A stretch of 62,035 nucleotides of DNA from an uncultured Bdellovibrionales bacterium (GCA_964408435.1 CAYOZL010000006.1:1-62035); one strand, 5' to 3'; shown: positions 39,043-47,858, numbered from the stretch's first letter. Program-made: numbers and translations. Notes: a model not told the origin generated them from the sequence alone.

Positions 39043-39190
39043 AAAGTCTATTAAGTAAAACGACAGTAAAATACCATAGAGGGCTACTTAAAAGACCCGC
39101 TCTAAAAAAGAGCTAGAGGGTGCTTGCAAAAGAGTTTTATAAAAAACTCTTTTCCGGGATGGAAAAGCTTACATCCTTTAGTCTAGAATA
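39043..39190 (-). ncRNA. Candidate structured small RNA ending at the orphan terminator (5' end unknown)
   Basis: No ORF longer than 8 codons on the minus strand. Hairpins at 39156-39175 (GGATG/CATCC), 39129-39152 (10-bp stem) and 39096-39120 (CCCGCTCT/AGAGC..GGG). G+C is higher than the surrounding intergenic DNA. Confidence 0.3.
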
Positions 39191-39337
39191 ATCATTCTTG
39201 TATGACTTAATCAACTAATAATATTTCTTATAACGTCTAATAGATACTTATGTAGTTATTAACAGCAGTTATTAAGTAAACTTCTTGTCAGATCTTAATA
39301 CTTATGATTAATCTCTACTTAATAACTGGAGATATGA

Positions 39338-39652
39338 ATGCCAAATAAGAAGTTTAGTTACGGTGCGAAAACAGTAGAAGTTAAACTCCCGAATGAGTCT
39401 GAAAAACATCAGTTTAGTTTTAATAGAACTGACTGCTATTGTTCAATGTGTCATTGGATGGGTGAAGTAGACAGTTTAAAGCAATCAGTAAAACTAAGAT
39501 CGGTTAATTTACAATGTCCAGATTGTTCTAATACTATTGCCGAAGTTAGCTATCATTTCTCTGAGCAAGATATCTCAAGCCCAGATACAATTAAAGCCAA
39601 TTTAAAAGATAAGCTTAAAGCTAAAACTAAGAATATTAGATACGTAAATTAA
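39338..39652 (+). CDS. Hypothetical zinc-ribbon protein (104 aa)
   Basis: Cys pairs CYCSMC ... CPDC are consistent with a 4-Cys zinc ribbon. No other recognisable motif. Confidence 0.45.
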   Translation: MPNKKFSYGAKTVEVKLPNESEKHQFSFNRTDCYCSMCHWMGEVDSLKQSVKLRSVNLQCPDCSNTIAEVSYHFSEQDISSPDTIKANLKDKLKAKTKNIRYVN

Positions 39653-39679
39653 AGCGCTATAAAGTAAAAGAAATACTAT

Positions 39680-41056
39680 TTGAAAATTGACTTAGTTCAA
39701 GGTGAGGTCTCTAGCAGGATTAAAGCCTTAGCAATCCCTGCTAGTGTAGGTTTTTTCTTTAATACTATGTTTAACGTAGTAGATACTTTTTTTGCAGGTT
39801 TTATCTCAGATGTCGCCCTTGCTTCTTTGTCTCTTACTTTCCCAATTTATATGCTGCTTCTTTCAGTTTCCTTAGGAATAGGTACCGCAGTAACTACACT
39901 CTTAGGTAATATTATTGGTAGTAGTGTCGTTACCCAAACTAATAATACTTCTAATGCTATAAAAAATAATGAGAGTGTGAAGCTATTATTCCAAGCAGGT
40001 CTATTGTGCATTTTAATGGGTTTATTAATGCCAATCTTTGCTTGGTTTTGTTTCGATGAAATTTATCTTTATTTAGGAGCAAGTGGAGCTTATTTAGAAC
40101 AAGCTAGAAACTACTCTATGGTGTTGTATTTTTTTAGTATTGCAATGATCTTTGTTAAATTCTTTAACGCAATCTTAAATGCAAATGGGGATACTAAAAC
40201 TTACAGAAATTTTTTAATATGTAGTTTTTTATTAAATATTTTATTAAACCCTATTCTAATTTTTGAACCTTTTAATTTAGGCGTAAAAGGAATTGCAGCA
40301 TCAACTGTTTTTATACAAATATTAGGCTGCATTTATTTATCAAGAGTTTGTTTTAGAAACTCTTATTTTACTCTTTGTAACTATAAGGAAAATTTAGTTC
40401 CAGATTTTAAAGTACTTTATGAAATATTATATAATGCAGTTCCTGCATTTATAAATATGTTTACAGTTGCTCTTGGTTTTTTTGTTTGTACTTACTATGT
40501 GGGGCTTTTTGGGCAAGACGCTGTAGCGGCATATGGTATTGCAACTAGAATTGAGCAAATCTTTTTATTACCTGGAATTGGCTTAAATATAGCAGTGCTA
40601 GCTATGGTTAGTCAGAATAATGGAGCTGGGCTTATTAATAGGGTGATTGAGAGTTTTAGAGTTGCTCAAAAATATGCTCTATATTTAATGCTAACAGGAG
40701 CTTTAGTGACTATTGTATTTGCAGATCAGCTTACAATGGTTTTTACGAGAAACACTAAAATTATAGAGATATCTTCTTATTTTTTAAGAATAGAAGCTTT
40801 AGTCTTTGTAGCATATTCTTCAATGTTTATTTGTACTTCAGTTTTGCAGGGTTTAAAAAAACCAATGTTTGTAGTTTGGCTAGGGGTATCAAGACAAGTC
40901 TTTTTTCCTTTTTTAGCTCTGTACTTTTTTATTGATATTCTAGGCTACGGCTTAAAGTCAATTTGGTTTTCAAGATTTTTTATTACTATTATAGCTGCGA
41001 TTTTTACCAATTACTACTTAAGAAGAGAGTTGAAACTAATTAAAAAAACTAGTTAG
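39680..41056 (+). CDS. MATE-family multidrug/toxic-compound efflux transporter
   Basis: 458 aa, TTG start, about 12 TM, with the MATE-like N-terminal motif (IPASVGFFFNTMFNVVDTFFAG). Confidence 0.75.
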   Translation: MKIDLVQGEVSSRIKALAIPASVGFFFNTMFNVVDTFFAGFISDVALASLSLTFPIYMLLLSVSLGIGTAVTTLLGNIIGSSVVTQTNNTSNAIKNNESVKLLFQAGLLCILMGLLMPIFAWFCFDEIYLYLGASGAYLEQARNYSMVLYFFSIAMIFVKFFNAILNANGDTKTYRNFLICSFLLNILLNPILIFEPFNLGVKGIAASTVFIQILGCIYLSRVCFRNSYFTLCNYKENLVPDFKVLYEILYNAVPAFINMFTVALGFFVCTYYVGLFGQDAVAAYGIATRIEQIFLLPGIGLNIAVLAMVSQNNGAGLINRVIESFRVAQKYALYLMLTGALVTIVFADQLTMVFTRNTKIIEISSYFLRIEALVFVAYSSMFICTSVLQGLKKPMFVVWLGVSRQVFFPFLALYFFIDILGYGLKSIWFSRFFITIIAAIFTNYYLRRELKLIKKTS

Positions 41057-41063
41057 CTCTAAA

Positions 41064-42638
41064 CTAGCGAGAAAAATTTAAGAAGTTAAGATCTGGGTTT
41101 TGGTCAATTGTATACTGCTTTTCATGTTCTGATCTAAAAAGAACAGCGACTCTACCTTTTAAGTCTTTTGCAATTAATGATCTTGAGTGACTTTTAAATT
41201 TAGTATGGTCACCATCAAGCCATGCTCCTGTAGTGTATGACATTTCATTAAGTTCAGTATCTACATTGTAATCTTGCTTAAGTCTGTACTGTAATACTTC
41301 AAATTGTAGTCTACCAACGGCTGCTACTAAGGCTTCTGTAGAATCTAGAGGTATTAAAACTTGAATTGCTCCTTCCTGACTTAGATCGCCTAGGCCTTTA
41401 TCAAATTGTTTTCTTTTCATCGCAGTTTTTGGTCTAATTTTAGCTACTACTTCAGGACAGAATTGTGGAAGCTCCTCGTAACTAAAGCCTCCTTTTTCAG
41501 AGACTGTATCTCCGATGCTAAAAATGCCAGGGTTAATTACCCCAACAATATCTCCTGGAAAAGCTTCTTCAATTGTTTGTCTTTCTCCAGCTACCATCCT
41601 ATGAGTTCTTGAGAGCCTAATTTCTTTATTTAAGCGCTCATGTTTAATACTTTGGTCTCTAGAGAACTTTCCAGAACAAACTCTTAGAAACGCCATGCTG
41701 TCTCTGTGTTTAGGATCCATATTTGACTGAATTTTAAAAACATAGCCACTAAATGGTTCTTCTAGATCTACAAACATTTCTTCGTTTTCTTTAGTGCTAA
41801 AAGCTCTTCTTGGCATAGGTGAGGGGGCAGTTTGAACAAATGAATTAAAAAATGGTTCTAAGCCAAAGTTAGTTAGTGCGGAGCCAAAGAAAACTTGTGT
41901 CTGCTTACCAGCTAAAAATTTTTCTTGAGAATAAGTATTTCCAGCTTCGTTTACTAAGCTAAGTTCATAGTCTAATTGTTCAGCTAGTTTTTCAGGAATT
42001 TGGCTCTTAGCTTCTTCAAGAGGTAAAATTTTACAGTCAGCTATTTTAGCTCCTCCTACTGAAGTCTTTTTAAAAACATAAACTTCTTTTGTTGTGCAAT
42101 CAGCAACACCTTGAAATTCTTTTCCAGAACCAATCGGCCAATTTCTTGCTGCTGCTTCAATTCCTAAAACTTCTTCAACCTCTGCTAATAAATCAAAAGG
42201 GTCAAGACCGGGCATGTCTAGTTTGTTAATAAAAGTAAGAACAGGAATTTTTCTTAGTGCACAAACTTCGAATAGTTTCCTAGTTTGCATCTCTACACCC
42301 TTTGCCGCATCTAATACCATTATAGCGCTATCAGCTGCAGTGAGTGTTCTGTAAGTATCCTCAGAGAAATCTTGGTGACCAGGAGTATCTAAAACATTGA
42401 TTAGTGCATCGTTATATTCAAACTGCATAGCAGAAGCAGTAATTGAAATTCCTCTTTCTTGCTCCATTCCCATCCAGTCAGAGCTAGCCTTCTTACCAGT
42501 CTTTCTTCCTCTAACCATCCCAGCAGTTCTAACCATACCAGAGTATAGTAATAACTTTTCAGTTAATGTGGTTTTCCCTGCATCAGGGTGAGATATAATT
42601 GCAAAGGTTCTTCTCTTTTGCGCTTCAGCTTTAATCAT
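41064..42638 (-). CDS. prfC: Peptide chain release factor 3
   Basis: 524 aa with the GTPase motifs RRTFAIISHPDAGKTTLTEKLLL, DTPGHQDF and NKLD. Full-length RF3-like. Confidence 0.92.
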   Translation of the reverse strand: MIKAEAQKRRTFAIISHPDAGKTTLTEKLLLYSGMVRTAGMVRGRKTGKKASSDWMGMEQERGISITASAMQFEYNDALINVLDTPGHQDFSEDTYRTLTAADSAIMVLDAAKGVEMQTRKLFEVCALRKIPVLTFINKLDMPGLDPFDLLAEVEEVLGIEAAARNWPIGSGKEFQGVADCTTKEVYVFKKTSVGGAKIADCKILPLEEAKSQIPEKLAEQLDYELSLVNEAGNTYSQEKFLAGKQTQVFFGSALTNFGLEPFFNSFVQTAPSPMPRRAFSTKENEEMFVDLEEPFSGYVFKIQSNMDPKHRDSMAFLRVCSGKFSRDQSIKHERLNKEIRLSRTHRMVAGERQTIEEAFPGDIVGVINPGIFSIGDTVSEKGGFSYEELPQFCPEVVAKIRPKTAMKRKQFDKGLGDLSQEGAIQVLIPLDSTEALVAAVGRLQFEVLQYRLKQDYNVDTELNEMSYTTGAWLDGDHTKFKSHSRSLIAKDLKGRVAVLFRSEHEKQYTIDQNPDLNFLNFSR

Positions 42639-42643
42639 TAGAC

Positions 42644-44326
42644 TTATCGACTTATATTTGCGTATCTGATTCTTTTAGGAGTGCTAGCTTCTGCACCTAA
42701 ACGTTTAATTTTATCTTCTTCATATTCAGAGAAGTTCCCATTAAACCAAGTAACCTTACTATCGCCTTCAAATGCTAAGATATGAGTAGCAATTCTATCT
42801 AAGAACCATCTATCGTGACTTATCACCACTGCGCAGCCTGCAAAGTTTAGTAAGCCTTCTTCTAATGCTCTTAAAGTGTTTATATCTAAGTCATTTGTAG
42901 GTTCATCAAGTAGTATTACATTTGCTCCTTGTTTAAGAAGTAGTGCTAATTGAACTCTATTTCTTTCCCCGCCAGATAATTCGTTAACTTTTTTCTGTTG
43001 ATCTGAACCATTAAAGTTAAATCTTGCAGTATATGCTCTAGCATTTACTTGTTGTTTACCAACTTCAACTAAATCAAGACCACCAGAGATAACATCAAAA
43101 ACTGTTTTATCAGAATCAAGCACTTCTCTAGATTGTTCCATATAACCTAGCACTGCAGTCTCTCCAGTTTTAAATTCTCCAGTATCAGGTTTTTCCAATC
43201 CTGTTATTAATTTAAATAAAGTAGTTTTACCCGCTCCGTTTGGTCCAATAATTCCAACGATACCACCTGGGGGAAGCGAAAATGATAAATCTTGATATAA
43301 AACTTTATCTTCAAAAGTTTTAGAAATACCTTTTGCTTCAAGAACAATATCTCCAAGTCTTGGTCCTGGTGGAATGAATATTTTTATATCTTTAGAGATC
43401 TTCTCGGCATCTTGTTTTAGTAAGTCATCATATGCATTGATTCTAGCTTTGTTCTTAGAGCGCCTAGCCTTAGGAGCCATCTTAATCCATTCAAGTTCTC
43501 TTTTAAGAGTCTTAGCTCTTTTATCTTCTCCTTTAGCCTCATCTGCTAAACGTTTTTGTTTTTGCTCTAGCCAAGAAGAGTAATTTCCTTTCCAGGGAAT
43601 ACCTTGTCCTCTATCAAGTTCTAAAATCCAACCAGCTACGTTATCTAAGAAGTATCTATCGTGTGTTACAGCAATTACTGTGCCCTTGTATTGTTGTAAA
43701 TGCTTTTCTAGCCAGTATACTGATTCAGCATCTAAATGGTTTGTAGGTTCATCAAGTAGCAAGATATCAGGCTCAGAAATTAATAACTTACAAAGTGCAA
43801 CTCTTCTTCTCTCTCCACCAGATAAGTTCGCTACATTTTGGTCCGCTGGTGGGCATCTTAATGCCTCCATAGCATAGTTAAGTTTATCATCTAACTCCCA
43901 AGCATTCGCCGCATCTAATTTTTCCATTAGTGTAGCTTGCCTAGTTGTAAGTTTCTCCATTTCTTTATCATCTGAAACTTCTGCAAACTTAGCGTTTATT
44001 TCTTCAAATTCTTTAAGTAGATCTGCAGTTTCACCTGCTCCTTGAGCAACAATTTCTTTAACAGTTAAATTTGGATCTAATTGAGGCTCTTGCTCTAAAA
44101 AACCAACAGTGTAGCCATCTGATAAATGAGCCTCGCCAATAAAGTCTGTATCCACGCCTGCCATGATCTTTAACAACGTAGATTTTCCAGAACCGTTTAG
44201 TCCTAAAACACCAATTTTAGCACCATAAAAATATGATAGTGAAATGTCTTTTAAAACATGTTTTTTAGGAGGTACGACTTTACCAACTGACATCATGCTA
44301 TAAATTACTTTTTTATCATCGCTCAT
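42644..44326 (-). CDS. ettA: Energy-dependent translational throttle ABC-F protein EttA
   Basis: 560 aa with two ABC cassettes (GLNGSGKST, GPNGAGKTT; LSGGERRRVAL, LSGGERNRVQL). End-to-end resemblance to E. coli EttA, including VTHDRYFLDNVAGWILELDRG. Confidence 0.92.
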   Translation of the reverse strand: MSDDKKVIYSMMSVGKVVPPKKHVLKDISLSYFYGAKIGVLGLNGSGKSTLLKIMAGVDTDFIGEAHLSDGYTVGFLEQEPQLDPNLTVKEIVAQGAGETADLLKEFEEINAKFAEVSDDKEMEKLTTRQATLMEKLDAANAWELDDKLNYAMEALRCPPADQNVANLSGGERRRVALCKLLISEPDILLLDEPTNHLDAESVYWLEKHLQQYKGTVIAVTHDRYFLDNVAGWILELDRGQGIPWKGNYSSWLEQKQKRLADEAKGEDKRAKTLKRELEWIKMAPKARRSKNKARINAYDDLLKQDAEKISKDIKIFIPPGPRLGDIVLEAKGISKTFEDKVLYQDLSFSLPPGGIVGIIGPNGAGKTTLFKLITGLEKPDTGEFKTGETAVLGYMEQSREVLDSDKTVFDVISGGLDLVEVGKQQVNARAYTARFNFNGSDQQKKVNELSGGERNRVQLALLLKQGANVILLDEPTNDLDINTLRALEEGLLNFAGCAVVISHDRWFLDRIATHILAFEGDSKVTWFNGNFSEYEEDKIKRLGAEASTPKRIRYANISR

Positions 44327-44400
44327 ATAGTTAAGACCTTTTAGATTTAGAGCCAGATAATATAGTTAAGTTCGGGTAGTGGCAAGCTTCTGGCGCTAAT

Positions 44401-44451
44401 TCTTAGTCTTAGTCTTAATCTTAATCTTCGTCTTTTTCTTCGTCTTGGTCT
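44401..44451. repeat. Hexanucleotide array, left arm: 8.5 units of TCTTNN
   Basis: TCTTAG TCTTAG TCTTAA TCTTAA TCTTCG TCTTTT TCTTCG TCTTGG TCT. Confidence 0.9.
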
Positions 44452-44468
44452 AAAAAAATCAAGATTTC

Positions 44469-44585
44469 AGACTAGGATTAAGACTAGGACCAAGACGAAG
44501 ATCAGGACTAAGATTAGGACTAAGAAGTAAGACCAAGACCAAGATTAAGATCAAGACCAGGATTAGGGCTAAGATTTAGGACTGG
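44469..44585. repeat. Hexanucleotide array, right arm: about 19 units of the reverse-complement unit (NNAAGA / AGGAYT)
   Basis: AGACTA GGATTA AGACTA GGACCA AGACGA AGATCA GGACTA AGATTA GGACTA AGAAGT AAGACC AAGACC AAGATT AAGATC AAGACC AGGATT AGGGCT AAGATT TAGGAC. 44488-44501 is exactly complementary to 44437-44450. Confidence 0.9.
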
Positions 44586-44618
44586 AACAATCCATAAATA
44601 TAAACTATTAATAAACAC

Positions 44619-45656
44619 ATGGCAGATAGTAAAAAAACAAATACTCTATTCATCGAAGTAACAGGCTCTGGTCTACCCGAAGTCGACGGCTTATTTGTTC
44701 CTTCAACTGCACCACCAAAAGAGTCTGAATCAGGAACACTCTCAAGTCTAGGATACTGGAATGGAAAAATGGCTTGGGACAGAGCTGATGGTAAATCTGC
44801 AAGGAGTCCATCAATCTCTTATTCTAATTCTTATAAGTCATGGAGAATCTCTAGACTAGATGGCCATTTAGCTTATGATTTCACTTGTGATGACGACTTG
44901 CCCCCAATTAAGGGTGATTGGCATGTTTACAAAAAGGGAGTAGCCCCTGCGCCAAAAGTAACTATTCATTATTGTGATCCTAGAAAGCCTTGTCCTAAGC
45001 CTAATGTCGTTTTTGTTTTAGGTGGTCCTGGAACAGGTAAGGGAACAATGTGCGAGCTCGCAGAAGTTCAACTCGGTTGGACCCATTTATCAATTGGAGA
45101 TTTGTTACGTAAAGAACGTGAGGCAGGTGGTAAGACTGCAGAGACAATTGAAGAGTATATAACTGCTGGGAAGTTAGTGCCTAATGAAATAACTGTTACT
45201 TTACTTGATTCCGCAATGGAGAAAATTATTAGAACAACTGGGAATAATAATTTTTTACTTGATGGCTTTCCACGTTCTTTAAAAAACATGGAAGGGTGGT
45301 ATGAAATTTTTGGTAAAGAAACCGAGCTACCTAAAATGCTTTATTTAGAATGTCCTCTCCCAGTGTTAGAACAACGTATTTTAGGTCGTGCAAAGTATTC
45401 TGGAAGAAGTGATGATAATTTAGAAAGTATGAAACTTCGTTTTGATACTTTTAAGTCTGAGACTGTGCCAACGGTCGATTTTTTTAAGAGCAAGAATAAA
45501 TGTGTAGAGATTGATACTAGTTCGGACCGAGAAACTGTATATGCAAAGGTGAAAAATTATTTATCAGAATATACAGATAAAGAATTAATCGACAAGCCAC
45601 TTAGTGAAAGAGCTGAGATTCTGCTCGGTTTAAAGCCTTATCCTAAGAAGTCCTAA
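44619..45656 (+). CDS. Eukaryote-type short adenylate kinase / UMP-CMP kinase fused to an unrecognised ~125-aa N-terminal domain
   Basis: 345 aa. The C-terminal ~215 aa carry KPNVVFVLGGPGTGKGT (P-loop), LSIGDLLR, LLDGFPR and GRSDDNLES with no LID insertion, which is the short AK1/UMP-CMPK type. The N-terminal 125 aa have no motif I can name. No Shine-Dalgarno sequence before the ATG. G+C is visibly above the neighbours. Confidence 0.75.
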   Translation: MADSKKTNTLFIEVTGSGLPEVDGLFVPSTAPPKESESGTLSSLGYWNGKMAWDRADGKSARSPSISYSNSYKSWRISRLDGHLAYDFTCDDDLPPIKGDWHVYKKGVAPAPKVTIHYCDPRKPCPKPNVVFVLGGPGTGKGTMCELAEVQLGWTHLSIGDLLRKEREAGGKTAETIEEYITAGKLVPNEITVTLLDSAMEKIIRTTGNNNFLLDGFPRSLKNMEGWYEIFGKETELPKMLYLECPLPVLEQRILGRAKYSGRSDDNLESMKLRFDTFKSETVPTVDFFKSKNKCVEIDTSSDRETVYAKVKNYLSEYTDKELIDKPLSERAEILLGLKPYPKKS

Positions 45657-45723
45657 TAATGTCCCTATATATGCACCTGATAAAATTTTAAGAAACCTAT
45701 AAAAAAAATTTGTTAAAAAACTT

Positions 45724-46482
45724 ATGAATGAATACGTAATTGCCTTTCAAGGCGGTTTAGCAGCCACTTTCGCCACTCTTGTAGCTTCTTTCTCAGGAGG
45801 AGGGCTTTCTCTAATCTTGTTTCCTATACTATTGTTTATTACTCCTTATTCTTATGTTTCACTTCTTACGGTAGCTAAAGTAAGTGCAACTCTTATGACT
45901 ATTACCAGTACAAGAATTCATGCTTTTAAAAATAAACTTGATTATAAATTCATATTGCATTTAGCATTGTTCCAAGTTCTAGGAACGGCACTTGGAACTT
46001 ATTTTTTACAATATAAATTTAATGAAAACTTATTTAAAACATTACTTGCTTGGACAATTGTTTTAACTGCTAGCTATTTATTTTTCTCTAAAAAAATAGG
46101 TTTAGAACAAAAAATCAAAAAAGAAATAACTAAAGAAGTTTACATAGAATCTGCAATTGTTTGTTTCTTAATTAGTATCTTAAATGGTCTTTTTGGTGGG
46201 ACTGGTATTTTTATTACAATATATCTTTTAGTTGCCTTAAAGATGTCTTTTATAGAGTCAATGAAGCTTGTAATGCCATCTTGTGGAATTGTAAATTTTA
46301 TACAAAGTCTTTACTTGTTATTTTCAGAATGGGTAGAATGGAAATTGGTCGCATGTGTTGTGTTGGGTAGTATCGTTGGTAGTTTCTTCGGAACCAGACT
46401 CCAGTATTTAAAAGGAAATCTTTGGGTTAAAAGGGCAGCCGTTATTGTGATGTATGTAATAGGAGTCAGAACTCTCTTGTAG
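45724..46482 (+). CDS. TauE/SafE-family anion (sulfite) exporter-like membrane protein
   Basis: 252 aa, about 7-8 TM, with an internally duplicated 4-TM architecture and Gly-rich helices typical of TauE/SafE. Confidence 0.6.
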   Translation: MNEYVIAFQGGLAATFATLVASFSGGGLSLILFPILLFITPYSYVSLLTVAKVSATLMTITSTRIHAFKNKLDYKFILHLALFQVLGTALGTYFLQYKFNENLFKTLLAWTIVLTASYLFFSKKIGLEQKIKKEITKEVYIESAIVCFLISILNGLFGGTGIFITIYLLVALKMSFIESMKLVMPSCGIVNFIQSLYLLFSEWVEWKLVACVVLGSIVGSFFGTRLQYLKGNLWVKRAAVIVMYVIGVRTLL

Positions 46483-46484
46483 TT

Positions 46485-47255
46485 TTATTTAAGCAATAAA
46501 ACAAAGGATAAACTCAATAAATCAAATAAAAAATGATAAATAATTACAGGAAGTAGTTTTTCTTTAGTGCAAATATAAGCAAGTCCAAAACCAAAACCTA
46601 AGCCTGCTGTTGATATTGCTGCTTGTAGTCCCCAACTATGATAATGAGCAAATCCAAAAATTATAGAGCTAATTAATATTGCAATTAGATCTCTATATTT
46701 TGACTTTGCTAGTATCTTAGAGCGTCTTAGGGAGCTTAGTAACAATCCTCTAAAAACAACTTCTTCTAAAACTGCAATCCAAATAGATAGAAATAAAATG
46801 TAGCCAGAAAGTTCTAAATAAGAAACTTTACTTGCAAGTTGTTTTGGCCTTAAAGTTTCGGTTATTGTTTCAGAATGTTGTGAGAGTATGTCAGGGCAGA
46901 GTAGCACGATTATAACTGCAGGAATGCATCCTAAGGCGAAAGCAGTATGTGTTAAGATTAAATCTTTTTTAATTCCTTTGTATAAATTGATTTTGGGAAA
47001 ATTTAATTTGTTTCTAAAAAGTATTGAAATTATACAAATTACTCCAAATATAACAGTAGAGATATAAGAAGATGAATATATCGAACTAAGTATTGGGATA
47101 AAAGATATAAGCAAGCATAAGATTACAGTTTTGTTTTCTAGGTAATTATTAAGCTCTATTTTGCTATTGTGTTTATATTTTGAATGTAAATCTTTCCATT
47201 TCTCTATTGCTAGGAATTTATTTAAACTGCTTTGTTCTTGAGAGGATTTTTCCAT
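46485..47255 (-). CDS. CPBP-family intramembrane glutamic endopeptidase (CAAX protease-like)
   Basis: 256 aa, multi-TM, with motif 1 EEVVFRGLL, motif 2 FGFAH and motif 3 HFLFD. Confidence 0.8.
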   Translation of the reverse strand: MEKSSQEQSSLNKFLAIEKWKDLHSKYKHNSKIELNNYLENKTVILCLLISFIPILSSIYSSSYISTVIFGVICIISILFRNKLNFPKINLYKGIKKDLILTHTAFALGCIPAVIIVLLCPDILSQHSETITETLRPKQLASKVSYLELSGYILFLSIWIAVLEEVVFRGLLLSSLRRSKILAKSKYRDLIAILISSIIFGFAHYHSWGLQAAISTAGLGFGFGLAYICTKEKLLPVIIYHFLFDLLSLSFVLLLK

Positions 47256-47348
47256 AGATTAAGGTATTGTCGACATTTATAGATGAAACCTTAGTATAGA
47301 AATTACTTTTCTAGACTAAATGTTCTTTTTTAGCTAACTTTTTCTTCT

Positions 47349-47834
47349 ATGAATAAAAAAGATCTTTCGAATTCGTCTCTTAGCTTACTTTTTGTAAGCA
47401 CGTTATTAATAATATTTTTAACTTCTTGTTCATCATTATTTTTTGCAATGAACCCTCCTGAGGTTACTTTATCTAATATTACTATCGATCGTATAGAATT
47501 ATTAGAAACTACTGCTACGATTACTCTTAGAGTAGAAAACGAAAACAACGATACTTTAGAGGTTTCAAATGGCTCGTATAATCTCTACATTAATGACTCT
47601 TATGTTGGAAGAAGTTTAGATAATATTGGTCTAACTGTTAAGCCGTATTCTACAGCTGATAAGAGTTTGAAAATTAAAATAGACAATATGAAAATTCTAA
47701 GACAAATGGATACTTTGTTCTCTAAATCTAGAGTGAATTATACTCTTAGGACAAATATACAATTAGTTAAACCTTTTAAGAGACTTTTAAAGCTTGAGAA
47801 AAAAGGCGAAGTTAACTTATTTAGAAAGTCATAA
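47349..47834 (+). CDS. LEA type-2 / WHy (water-stress and hypersensitive-response) domain lipoprotein
   Basis: 161 aa with a lipobox (FLTSC) followed by the LEA_2 pattern (PEVTLSNITIDRIELLETTATITLRVENENNDTLEV..GSYNLYINDSYVG). Confidence 0.7.
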   Translation: MNKKDLSNSSLSLLFVSTLLIIFLTSCSSLFFAMNPPEVTLSNITIDRIELLETTATITLRVENENNDTLEVSNGSYNLYINDSYVGRSLDNIGLTVKPYSTADKSLKIKIDNMKILRQMDTLFSKSRVNYTLRTNIQLVKPFKRLLKLEKKGEVNLFRKS

Positions 47835-47858
47835 ATCAAGTAAAATTTTATTTAGGTA

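Noticed and set aside
38784-39337. The long non-coding gap as a known housekeeping RNA (tRNA, tmRNA, SRP/4.5S, RNase P, 6S)
   Set aside because: I could not find a T-loop GGTTCGA(A/T)TCC, a tmRNA 3' tRNA-like end or tag ORF, the SRP GGAAG/AGCA domain IV motif, or the RNase P GAGGAAAGUCC motif on either strand. It is kept only as a candidate novel sRNA.
44401-44451. The hexamer array as DnaA-trio / origin-of-replication elements
   Set aside because: The TA(G/A) triplets alternate with TCT instead of being consecutive. There are no adjacent DnaA boxes and no dnaA/dnaN context.
44401-44585. The hexamer array as a CRISPR array or as a coding low-complexity/repeat protein
   Set aside because: The units are contiguous 6-mers with no unique spacers and no 24-40-nt repeats, and no cas genes are present. 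Every frame on both strands is interrupted by TAG/TAA codons intrinsic to the unit, and there is no start codon.
47330-47548. 72-aa minus-strand ORF overlapping the LEA_2 lipoprotein gene
   Set aside because: The plus-strand ORF has a lipobox signal peptide and an LEA_2/WHy domain pattern, whereas the minus-strand ORF has no features.
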